Assembly (NCBI GenBank): GCA_963770575.1
Contig: CAVYQD010000001.1
Coordinates: forward strand, 800,569 to 864,568
Direction: 5' to 3'
Length of the DNA stretch: 64,000 nucleotides
From: an uncultured Acidobacteriota bacterium
GTDB taxonomy: Bacteria; Acidobacteriota; Terriglobia; Acidiferrales; UBA7541
The translations under genes and the position numbers were made by a program. Below, piece by piece: positions 30,582 to 39,109 of this stretch. The stretch's first letter is position 1. Every line of letters begins with the position of its first letter. Under the pieces are notes generated by a model. That model was not told where the DNA came from and did no database searches. It saw only the letters and a program-made list of their open reading frames with translations.

Positions 30582-33500
30582 ATGAGCAATCTGACTGGTA
30601 AAGGTGTGCGCTCTCTCTTTATTTGTTTTGCACTTTTGCTGCTCGCGCTGAGCGTCACGTCCGCTTCAGCGCAAACCTTCCGCGGAACCATTCTCGGCAC
30701 AGTGACCGACTCGAGCGGCGCCGCAATCCTCCACGCCAAGGTCACAGTCCGAAATGTCGACACAGGTATCGAGCGCATAACCGATACGAACGCCGACGGC
30801 AGTTTTTTAGTCCCCGAGCTCGCTATTGGCACTTATACGGTGACTATCGAAATGGCCGGATTTCAGAAAACAGTTACCACCGGGGTGACGGTCGACATTG
30901 CTTCCGAACGGCGCATCGATGTTTCACTGAAACCCGGACAGATTAACCAACAGGTGGTCGTAGAAGGAGAAACCCTCCCTCAGGTTGATACCACCTCTGA
31001 CACTCTCGGTGGAACGATCGAAAGCCATCAGATCGAAAGCCTGCCGATCAATGGCCGCGACTATACCAAACTGCTCATCATGGTTCCCGGTGCCGTCGGC
31101 GAGCCGAACGGCGGCGGCGATTCTCCCGGGTCGTATGGCCTGTTCAGCGCGAATGGGAGCCGAGGCCGCTCGAACAATTACTTGCTGGACGGTACGGACA
31201 TGAATGATGGCTATCGCAACCTTCCGGCGATCAATCAAGGCGGCGTGTTTGGCGTACCCGGGACGATTCTTCCCGAAGACTCCATCTCCGAATTGAGTGT
31301 TCAGTCTAACTTTCAGGCCGAGTACGGACGTAATTCCGGCGCTGTCGTAAATATCGTGACGAGGAGTGGAACGAACACTCTCCACGGCGCAGTCTTCGAG
31401 GATTTTCGCAACGCCGTTTTGAATTCGAGAAATTATTTCAACACGACCGACCAGCCGAAAGATGCATTCCGCAACAATCAGTTTGGAGGGGCAGTCGGCG
31501 GACCAATTGTGAAGGATAAAGCATTTTTCTATCTCTCCTACGAAGGCCAACGGGAAGGCATGGCGATCACGTCGATCAATTCAGTTCCTACCCTCAACGA
31601 TGGTGTGGAGAATGATCCCAATGACTACGCGCAAGCGATTCAAAGCATCGGCGGCAATCCAGCCGTTTGCACCACCACGGTTATCGCTTGTATCGACGGG
31701 CAAGCGCCGGGAGTAATCAATCCTGTAATCAAGAACCTCTTCGATCGGTGCGCAAGCACGGGCGGATGCTCGGGCGGGCAAAATGTGTGGCCCACCACGT
31801 CCCAGATTGGCGGCCCGGCGAGCAACAACCTGGACAGCGTGATCGCAAAGATCGATTACAACCTGAATCAGTCCAACCAGATTTCAGGGCGATATTTCTT
31901 CGGCAACAGCCATCAGAGTTTCCCGCTCGGCGTAGGAGGAGGAAACAATCTTCCCAACACCAATACCGATGCGCCTATCCGCACACAACTCGTGTCGGTG
32001 AGCTGGATTAAGAACATATCAGGTGACAAGACCAATGAGGCTCGATTTGGTTGGAACCGTTACCGCAATGGTTTTTTCCCTCAAGATGCCGGAATCTTTG
32101 GAAATCCGAATGACACGCTGGAAATGAACACAGGTATAACCGACCCCCGTGATTTTGGGCTACCCACAATTAAGGTTGGCGGACTGGCTTCGCTTGGCTC
32201 CTCTGCCTTTGCCAACCCTCGTAATCGCGTGGACAGCAACTGGCAGGCCTTCGACAATTTCACATGGACGCTGAATCGCCACGCAATCAAGGTTGGGTTC
32301 GAGTTTCGTCGAACAACAGTTGATTCCTTCAATGATTTGAACGAACGTGGCACTCTGAAATTTTCAGGCGGCCTCGCGGACTTTCTTACCGGAGACTTGA
32401 GCGGCGGCACGCTCGTGGCGGGCAACACATCGCGAAACACATCTCAAAACTCGGAAGCGCTGTACATTCAGGACAGCTACCGCGTGACGAGCCAGATCAC
32501 TGTGAACCTCGGCCTTCGCTGGGATTATTTTGGAGTCATTGGCGATAACGGGCAGTTCAGCATTTACGATCCAAACGTCGGCCTGGTTCTGAAAAGTCAG
32601 CTGTACCCGAAGGACTTCAATAACTTCAGCCCGCGTGCAAGCGTAGCGTGGGATGTGTTCGGGAAGGGAAAGACCGTAGTCCGAGCAGGCGTTGGCATTT
32701 TCTATGACGGTTTTTCGCAGGATTTCTTCACCGGCCAACTCGCCGAGAACACATTTAACACGGGCCCGGCATATAACGCGATCGGGCCGAATCCCGTCTT
32801 CATTACGACGGCGCTCAACACCCCTACCTTGCAGCCAGGCGTACCCATTTTTACCGGGGTTGCTCCCGGCGAAGGAAACTCCACGACCGATGCATTCAGC
32901 GTTGCACGAAACCTTCGCACGCCTTACGTTTACAACTACAACTTGAATCTCCAGCAGGAGATTTTCCGCAATACTGTCTTGCAGGTTGGCTACGTTGGAT
33001 CTGCGGGAAGAAAACTATTTCGCTTCCGGGACATAAACCAGCCGAATCAGGCGCAAATCACCGCGATCGACACGTTCTGCGGCACTACGGACGATCCAAA
33101 CGCACGCGGCTCGGAGGAATGTCCCGGTGCTCCGGTGCAGGGCTTCACCACTCCGCTCGGTGCGCTTGCACCGAACCTGCCCTTCTACGTAAATCAACTC
33201 GAGACGGAAGCGACGTCCAATTACAATTCGCTTCAGGTGTCACTCTCGCAACGAAATTGGCATGGCCTTAACACTCAAATTGCATACACGTGGTCGCATT
33301 CGATTGATACCGCGAGCGACGGCCAGGACTTCGTCCCCAACGCGGCTCAGCCGAATGACAGCACGAATCCGGGCGGGAACAAGGGACCTTCCAACTTTGA
33401 CGCTCGCAATCGACTCGTTTGGTCGTCCACGTATGACATACCCAAGTGGGAGAAGATCGGAAAATTCGGGGAAGGCTGGTCGCTCAGCGGCATATTAACG

Positions 33501-34037
33501 ATAATGTCCGGCCACCCATTCAATCTGAACTATGCGTTTGAAGACGACTACAGCGGTAGCGGCGAGTTCTTCGATCGGCCGGATGTTGTAGGGCCAATCG
33601 TCTACAATCGAAGCAACCCTTCGCAATATCTGCTGATGACTTCCTTTGCCACGCCCTGCACGATGCAGGAACCCTTCGACGGTTTCGCGGATTCTTGCGT
33701 TCCTGGCACCCGGCACTTCGGCGACATGGGGAGGAACTCGTTGCTGGGTCCCAACTATCGCAACTTCGACTTTGCGATCAGCAAGATGACCTCAATCAAT
33801 GACCGGTTCAAACTGCAATTTCGAACCGACTTCTACAACCTGACGAACCATCCAAACTTCGCGAACCCGCTGATGCCGGCGTTCTTTGCCGATGCCGGAT
33901 TTAACGGTATCGGCGGCGATGGGCGCAGTCTCGGGTTCTATCCCATCACGGCGACTTCGGACGTCGGCTTGGGGAATCCCGTACTCGGCGGCGGAGGACA
34001 GCGCAGCATTCAGTTCGGCTTGAAGCTGCTGTTCTAG
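30582..34037 (+). CDS. TonB-dependent receptor with N-terminal carboxypeptidase-regulatory-like domain
   Basis: 1151 aa; signal peptide ..LSVTSASAQ; GTILGTVTDSSGAAILHAKVTVRNVDTGIERITDTNADGSFLVPELAIGTYTV (CarboxypepD_reg pattern); plug region (INGRDYTKLL); beta-barrel ending ..IQFGLKLLF. Confidence 0.9.
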   Translation: MSNLTGKGVRSLFICFALLLLALSVTSASAQTFRGTILGTVTDSSGAAILHAKVTVRNVDTGIERITDTNADGSFLVPELAIGTYTVTIEMAGFQKTVTTGVTVDIASERRIDVSLKPGQINQQVVVEGETLPQVDTTSDTLGGTIESHQIESLPINGRDYTKLLIMVPGAVGEPNGGGDSPGSYGLFSANGSRGRSNNYLLDGTDMNDGYRNLPAINQGGVFGVPGTILPEDSISELSVQSNFQAEYGRNSGAVVNIVTRSGTNTLHGAVFEDFRNAVLNSRNYFNTTDQPKDAFRNNQFGGAVGGPIVKDKAFFYLSYEGQREGMAITSINSVPTLNDGVENDPNDYAQAIQSIGGNPAVCTTTVIACIDGQAPGVINPVIKNLFDRCASTGGCSGGQNVWPTTSQIGGPASNNLDSVIAKIDYNLNQSNQISGRYFFGNSHQSFPLGVGGGNNLPNTNTDAPIRTQLVSVSWIKNISGDKTNEARFGWNRYRNGFFPQDAGIFGNPNDTLEMNTGITDPRDFGLPTIKVGGLASLGSSAFANPRNRVDSNWQAFDNFTWTLNRHAIKVGFEFRRTTVDSFNDLNERGTLKFSGGLADFLTGDLSGGTLVAGNTSRNTSQNSEALYIQDSYRVTSQITVNLGLRWDYFGVIGDNGQFSIYDPNVGLVLKSQLYPKDFNNFSPRASVAWDVFGKGKTVVRAGVGIFYDGFSQDFFTGQLAENTFNTGPAYNAIGPNPVFITTALNTPTLQPGVPIFTGVAPGEGNSTTDAFSVARNLRTPYVYNYNLNLQQEIFRNTVLQVGYVGSAGRKLFRFRDINQPNQAQITAIDTFCGTTDDPNARGSEECPGAPVQGFTTPLGALAPNLPFYVNQLETEATSNYNSLQVSLSQRNWHGLNTQIAYTWSHSIDTASDGQDFVPNAAQPNDSTNPGGNKGPSNFDARNRLVWSSTYDIPKWEKIGKFGEGWSLSGILTIMSGHPFNLNYAFEDDYSGSGEFFDRPDVVGPIVYNRSNPSQYLLMTSFATPCTMQEPFDGFADSCVPGTRHFGDMGRNSLLGPNYRNFDFAISKMTSINDRFKLQFRTDFYNLTNHPNFANPLMPAFFADAGFNGIGGDGRSLGFYPITATSDVGLGNPVLGGGGQRSIQFGLKLLF

Positions 34038-34067
34038 CCAAGGTTCGAGGCCACTGTAGGAAACAAG

Positions 34068-34110
34068 GCGGCTCGGGGCCCGAAATGGCCACCGAGCCGC
34101 TTCCATTTTT
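34068..34110 (+). terminator. Rho-independent terminator after the receptor gene
   Basis: GCGGCTCGG (34068-34076) pairs with CCGAGCCGC (34092-34100), followed by TTCCATTTTT. Confidence 0.7.
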
Positions 34111-34233
34111 GAAGCATTCCAAAACTCCCCGCGTATTTGCTAGGCTGATGCCGTAGCGCGCCTTCAACCGGCGCCAAGCCCATCCATTTGCAATACATCT
34201 GTAATATTTCGAGGGTTCGCTGCGTATTACTCC

Positions 34234-34851
34234 ATGGAGAGGCGAAATATCACCGGAGAGATGAGCGCCGCGGAATTAGCGGAGGTGCTTGCACAGGTCC
34301 GGGGCGGTGACTCGGAGGCCTGGGGAGAGCTCTATCGCCGCTATGCTCCGGCGATGTTCCGCTTCTGCCGGCGCGCGCTTCCCACGCCGGAAGACGCAGA
34401 GGACGCGACCACGGAAATCTTCATGAAAGTGCGGCAAAAACTCGGCACGTACGACGCTTCGCGGCCCTTCACCTCCTGGCTCTACAAAGTCGCGAGCAAT
34501 CACTGTTGGGACCTGCTCCGCCGCCGCCGCATTCGACAGGATCTCGAAACCGGTGACATCGAAACGATGCCGCTCGAACATCCCGATCCCGGCCAGCTCG
34601 AGCGTTTGCAGGCCGAGCACAGCACGAAAGAAGTTCGCACAGGACTTGCGAAGCTGCCGGACCGCGCGCGCATGGCGCTCGTCCTGCGCTATTACTCGGA
34701 TATGAGCTACGACGAAATTGCGGAAACGCTCGGCGTGCGCCGTGCGTTTGTAGGTGTGCTGCTGCTCCGCGCGCGGCACCAGTTGCGCGAAGTGTTGGCC
34801 GGAAGCGGAGCCTCCAGCGAGTTTGGCGCCGCGGCAGGGAGAAGGGCATGA
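34234..34851 (+). CDS. ECF-type RNA polymerase sigma factor
   Basis: 205 aa; region 2 (YRRYAPAMFRFCRRAL..EDATTEIFMKV) and region 4 HTH (LRYYSDMSYDEIAETLGVRRAFVGVLLLRARHQL). Confidence 0.9.
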   Translation: MERRNITGEMSAAELAEVLAQVRGGDSEAWGELYRRYAPAMFRFCRRALPTPEDAEDATTEIFMKVRQKLGTYDASRPFTSWLYKVASNHCWDLLRRRRIRQDLETGDIETMPLEHPDPGQLERLQAEHSTKEVRTGLAKLPDRARMALVLRYYSDMSYDEIAETLGVRRAFVGVLLLRARHQLREVLAGSGASSEFGAAAGRRA

Positions 34852-36449
34852 ATCATATCGACGAGATGAACGTGCTTCTCTATCTCGAAGGCCAGCTCGA
34901 TGCCGCTCATGCGCAAGATGTGAGGGCGCACGCTGCGTCATGCGCAGAGTGCCGCGAGTTGCTGCACGCGCTTGAGACGGAAGGTGTCTGGCTCCGCCAA
35001 TCGCTCGGCGCCGAAGACGAATCCGTTCCCGCGCGCCTGGTCTCTGCTCCCGAGCGCGGCTCGGCACCGTGGGGATGGCTCACTGCTCTTGGGCTCGGAG
35101 CGGGCGGCGCCTACACAGTTTGGACTGGGATTGTCGAGCCGTGGCAAACGCAAGCGGCGCAAGCCGGCTTTACGCAGGGAAATTTGCTGACGATGCTTTT
35201 CTTCAGCGGTGCATTCTGGAAAGGATGGGACGCGATGCGAAGCCTGATGGAATTTCTGGCGATGGGAACTTTGGGACTCGTTGCGATATGGCTGCTGCGC
35301 CGCCACTTTCGCCGCGCGACGGCGCTCGCCGTCGTGATGAGCGCAGCTCTCTGCGCGCTCGCGCTTCCTCGTCCCGCCTCCGCCGGCGAGATGCGTCGTG
35401 GCGATCCCAGTTACACATTGCCGGCCGGGCAGGAAATCAAGAACGATCTCTTCGTTACTGCCGATCGCACCATCATCGATGGCGATGTGGACGGCGATCT
35501 GTTCGTTTTCTCGCGGAACGTTGTCGTCAACGGCCACGTGAAGGGCGACATTCTCGGCCTCGCGCGATCGCTTGAATTCAACGGGATCGTCGACGGCAAT
35601 ATCCGTATCACCAGCGAAGAAATCACAATTGCGGGCACCGTCGGTAAGAATGTCACCGACTGGAGCGGCCATCTGACTCTCGATCCCAAGGGCAAAATCG
35701 GCGGAAGTCTCACGGTCGGTGCCGGTGACGCGAGCCTCGACGGCCACATCGGCGGCGATCTGCTCGCTTTCCTGGGTGAACTCGAAATCGATGGCTCCAT
35801 CGGCGGCGGCGCGCGCATTCAAGGGCGCAAACTTACGATTGGTTCGGGTGCGGTCATTGCCGGCGCAACACACTTTGAAGGCCGGAATCCGGCCGAAGTA
35901 GCTTCGGGCGCAAAGCTCGGAAGCCCGATCGTGTTCGTTGAGCACAAGCACGGACCCGACCGCGCGTCACCGATCTACTTTTGGCATCAGGTGCTGCTGT
36001 GGGGCGCGAGTTTCGTTTTCGGTCTCGTCTTGTTGCTCGTCGCTCCGGGATTTTTCTACGATGTTGCCAACGCCTGCAAGCGAGTCGGCCCCACGTCCGG
36101 CCTCGGCGTGCTGTTCCTGCTGGCCACACCAGTGGCTGCAGTTCTGATTTGCATTACGATCGTGGGAATTCCTGTGGGGATAGCCACGATTCTTCTCTAC
36201 GTGATTGCGGTGTACTCCGCGCAAGTTTTCGTGGGTACGTGGCTCGGCGAAAAGATACTCGGCGCTGCCGTCGGGATTGGCCCCACGCTCGGACGGCTCG
36301 CTCTCGGGCTCGCGATCCTACGCGCCATTCGAATCGTCCCTTACTTGGGAGTCTTAATCGGATCGATGGTCGTCGTCTGCGGCTTGGGCGCGCTCGTGCT
36401 CACACTGTACCGGTACATGCGCCCGCACCTTGCGCCCGCGGCGGCGTAG
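34848..36449 (+). CDS. zf-HC2 anti-sigma factor fused to a bactofilin-like repeat region and a C-terminal polytopic membrane domain
   Basis: ATGA overlap with the sigma gene. H-x3-C-x2-C (HAASCAEC). Several TM segments. About 190 aa of repeats of the type GDVDGDLFVFSRNVVVNGHVKGDILGLARSLEFNGIVDGNIRI..IDGSIGGGARIQG. Then 4-5 more TM segments. Confidence 0.7.
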   Translation: MNHIDEMNVLLYLEGQLDAAHAQDVRAHAASCAECRELLHALETEGVWLRQSLGAEDESVPARLVSAPERGSAPWGWLTALGLGAGGAYTVWTGIVEPWQTQAAQAGFTQGNLLTMLFFSGAFWKGWDAMRSLMEFLAMGTLGLVAIWLLRRHFRRATALAVVMSAALCALALPRPASAGEMRRGDPSYTLPAGQEIKNDLFVTADRTIIDGDVDGDLFVFSRNVVVNGHVKGDILGLARSLEFNGIVDGNIRITSEEITIAGTVGKNVTDWSGHLTLDPKGKIGGSLTVGAGDASLDGHIGGDLLAFLGELEIDGSIGGGARIQGRKLTIGSGAVIAGATHFEGRNPAEVASGAKLGSPIVFVEHKHGPDRASPIYFWHQVLLWGASFVFGLVLLLVAPGFFYDVANACKRVGPTSGLGVLFLLATPVAAVLICITIVGIPVGIATILLYVIAVYSAQVFVGTWLGEKILGAAVGIGPTLGRLALGLAILRAIRIVPYLGVLIGSMVVVCGLGALVLTLYRYMRPHLAPAAA

Positions 36450-36485
36450 GAGACAGCCCTCTGCGGCTAGTGGAAGTAAGCCGTT

Positions 36486-36526
36486 GTCATCCTGAAGGCA
36501 TCCGACCAGGATGCCTGAAGGATCTC
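36486..36526. repeat. REP-like palindromic element / bidirectional terminator hairpin
   Basis: ATCCTGAAGGCATCC (36489-36503) and GGATGCCTGAAGGAT (36509-36523) form an imperfect inverted repeat between convergent genes. CCTGAAGG occurs twice. Confidence 0.4.
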
Positions 36527-36549
36527 AACGTTCAGCCCATGCCACCGCG

Positions 36550-37752
36550 TCACACCACGCCGAGCTTTTTCCCCGCTCGCCCGATAATCTCCGCAGCGCG
36601 CTCCAAATCCGCGCGCTTGTGCGTCGCCGTCACGATCGTGCGCAGCCGCGCCTTCCCTTCCGGCACGGTGGGAAAACCGATCGCCATCGCCAGCACGCCT
36701 TCGGCAAACAGTTCGCGCGAAAATTCGAAAGCCTTGCCTGCGTCACCCACCATGATCGGCGTGATGGGGGTTTCGCTTTTACCGGTCTGAAACCCGAGCT
36801 TTTTCAGCTTGCGCTTGAAGAATTTCGTATTCGACCACAGTTTCTTGATCAGCTTTTCGCCTGCTTCCGAATCAAGCAGCTCAAAAGCCGCCTGGCACGT
36901 AGCCGTCACCGACGGCGGATGCGACGTCGAAAAAAGAAATGGCCGCGCGCGATGGTACAGAAATTCGATCAGATCCTTCGACCCGCAAACGTACCCGCCA
37001 ATCGAGCCAATCGCCTTGCTGAGCGTGCCCACCTGAATATCCACGCGCCCGTGAACTCCGCAATGATCGATCGTTCCGCGCCCGCGGCTCCCCAGCACGC
37101 CCGACGCATGCGCGTCATCCACCATCATGATGCAATTGAACCGTTCCGCTAGATCGCACAGCTCGCGCAGGTCGGCCACGTCGCCTTCCATCGAAAACAC
37201 GCCGTCGGTAATCAGCAATTTCTTACCGGGCCAGTTTTCCGTTTCTTTGAGAATGCGCTCGCAGTCCGACAGATCCTTATGCTTGAAAACTTTGATCGTG
37301 GCACGCGAAAGGCGGGCACCGTCTATGATCGACGCATGATTCAGTTCATCCGAAATAATCAAATCTTCTTTGCCGAGGATCGCAGACACCGTTCCCGCGT
37401 TCGCCGCAAATCCCGATTGAAACACCACGCACGCTTCCGACTGCTTGAATCGTGCAATCTGCTCCTCAAGCTCCATGTGGATTTTCATCGTGCCGGTAAT
37501 CGTTCGCACCGCACCCGATCCCACTCCATATTTTCGAGTCGCGTCAATGGCCGCTCGGCGGAGCCTGGGATGAGTGGTGAGGCCGAGATAATTGTTCGAG
37601 CTGAGGTTGATCACTTCCTTGCCGTCAAACGTCGCGACCGGCTTCTGCTCGCCATCGAGCACACGCAGATGGAAATACTGGTTCTTCGTCTTCAGGTCGT
37701 CGAGAGCCGTTCGCAGATACTGAAGTTGCGGACGCGTGCCGGTCGTCGTCAT
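36550..37752 (-). CDS. kbl: glycine C-acetyltransferase (2-amino-3-ketobutyrate CoA ligase)
   Basis: 400 aa; alpha-oxoamine synthase pattern, PLP-lysine region GTLSKAIGSIGGY; directly downstream of tdh. Confidence 0.9.
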   Translation of the reverse strand: MTTTGTRPQLQYLRTALDDLKTKNQYFHLRVLDGEQKPVATFDGKEVINLSSNNYLGLTTHPRLRRAAIDATRKYGVGSGAVRTITGTMKIHMELEEQIARFKQSEACVVFQSGFAANAGTVSAILGKEDLIISDELNHASIIDGARLSRATIKVFKHKDLSDCERILKETENWPGKKLLITDGVFSMEGDVADLRELCDLAERFNCIMMVDDAHASGVLGSRGRGTIDHCGVHGRVDIQVGTLSKAIGSIGGYVCGSKDLIEFLYHRARPFLFSTSHPPSVTATCQAAFELLDSEAGEKLIKKLWSNTKFFKRKLKKLGFQTGKSETPITPIMVGDAGKAFEFSRELFAEGVLAMAIGFPTVPEGKARLRTIVTATHKRADLERAAEIIGRAGKKLGVV

Positions 37753-37794
37753 GATTCCCCCAAATCGGAATTTGCAGCAGCCTTTAGCGGCGCG

Positions 37795-38880
37795 TTACTT
37801 CGCAGAGCCATTCGGATAAAACAGGATTTTCCCGGCCTGGCCGGATTCGAGAAGCGAAAACGCATTTTCAAACTTTTCGAGCGGCATCCGCTCTTTGAAC
37901 AGCGGCTCGAGGTTTAGCCGTCCATGCTTCAGCAACTCCGTCATCTGCACCCACGTCTCAAACATTCGCCGCCCGTAAATTCCCTGCACCGTCGCTCCCT
38001 TAAAAATCACGTCGTTCACAAGATCGAGCGTCACCGGATCCTTTGGAATTCCCAGCAGCGACGCGCGCCCGCCCGGCCGCAGCATCTGAAATCCCTTGTG
38101 AATCGCGTCGGGATGGCCGCTCATTTCGAGCATCACGTCGACGCCCGCACCATCCGTCGCATCCAAAATGTGCTTCACCACATCGCCGGTAGAAGGATCG
38201 AGCGCTTCGTCCGCGCCCATTTTCCTCGCGAGTTCGCGCCGGTGCGCATTCACTTCCGTCGCGAAAAGCGTAGCGCATCCGGAAGCACGCGCCACCGCAA
38301 TGGCCATCAACCCAATCGGCCCCGCGCCCGTTACCACCACGTTGAGCCCCGCGATTTCTCCAGCGAGAACTGTGTGCACCGCGTTTCCGAGCGGATCCAT
38401 GATCGCCGCGTAATGTTCCGGAATCGCAGGATCGACCTTCCAGATATTTCGTTCTGGAATGCGAACGAATTCGGCGAAGCAGCCCTCGGAATCGATGCCG
38501 ATGATCTTCACGTTCTGGCAAACGTGCGGCTGCCCCATGCGGCACGGCCGGCAGTGTCCGCAATTCACGTGCATCTCGGCGCTGACGAAATCGCCCGCAC
38601 GGACCGTCGTTACTTCATCGCCCACCGTTTCAACCACGCCGCAGAATTCGTGCCCAAACGTGAGCGGCGGATGAATTCGCGACGCCGACCAGCGATCCCA
38701 TCCGTAAATATGGAGGTCCGTGCCGCAAATCGACGCCGCGCGCACGCGAACCAGAACGTCTGTGGGACCAAAAGCAGGGATGGCGATATTCTCGAGCTGT
38801 GCGCCTCTTTGCGGGCGCATCTTGCGCAGAGCCTTCATCGTTGCAGTGGGCATTCGGCTATTCGGCGCGGCAAACGGCAT
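37795..38880 (-). CDS. tdh: L-threonine 3-dehydrogenase
   Basis: MKALRK..VLVRVRAASICGTDLHIYGWDRWS and GHEFCGVVETVG zinc-ADH motifs. Alternative starts at 38853 and 38838 (MKALRK). Confidence 0.88.
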   Translation of the reverse strand: MPFAAPNSRMPTATMKALRKMRPQRGAQLENIAIPAFGPTDVLVRVRAASICGTDLHIYGWDRWSASRIHPPLTFGHEFCGVVETVGDEVTTVRAGDFVSAEMHVNCGHCRPCRMGQPHVCQNVKIIGIDSEGCFAEFVRIPERNIWKVDPAIPEHYAAIMDPLGNAVHTVLAGEIAGLNVVVTGAGPIGLMAIAVARASGCATLFATEVNAHRRELARKMGADEALDPSTGDVVKHILDATDGAGVDVMLEMSGHPDAIHKGFQMLRPGGRASLLGIPKDPVTLDLVNDVIFKGATVQGIYGRRMFETWVQMTELLKHGRLNLEPLFKERMPLEKFENAFSLLESGQAGKILFYPNGSAK

Positions 38881-39109
38881 CCCGCCAAATTCAGGATGTT
38901 AGCACACGCCCCCAAGGTGCCGAAAGCAGGCACCTCACAGCTCAATCGTACACTTCGTTCGGAACATTGCAGCCCTCGCCGACGTACCTAACATATCGAA
39001 GCTGCGCCGGCGTTTGCGGGAGTTGAAGGATTGCTTTCGCGCAAGCGAGCGGAGGGCTCCGAATCCAGATCCGCAGGAGGCCGGGCTTACGAGTTCCGGA
39101 TAGACAATC

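Noticed and set aside
34276-35951. Long minus-strand ORFs 34276..35067 (263 aa) and 34938..35951 (337 aa)
   Set aside because: Antisense to the sigma/anti-sigma genes, which have clear motifs. The translations are Arg/Ala-rich with no domains.
37924-38991. 355-aa plus-strand ORF
   Set aside because: Entirely antisense to tdh. His/Arg-rich shadow frame.
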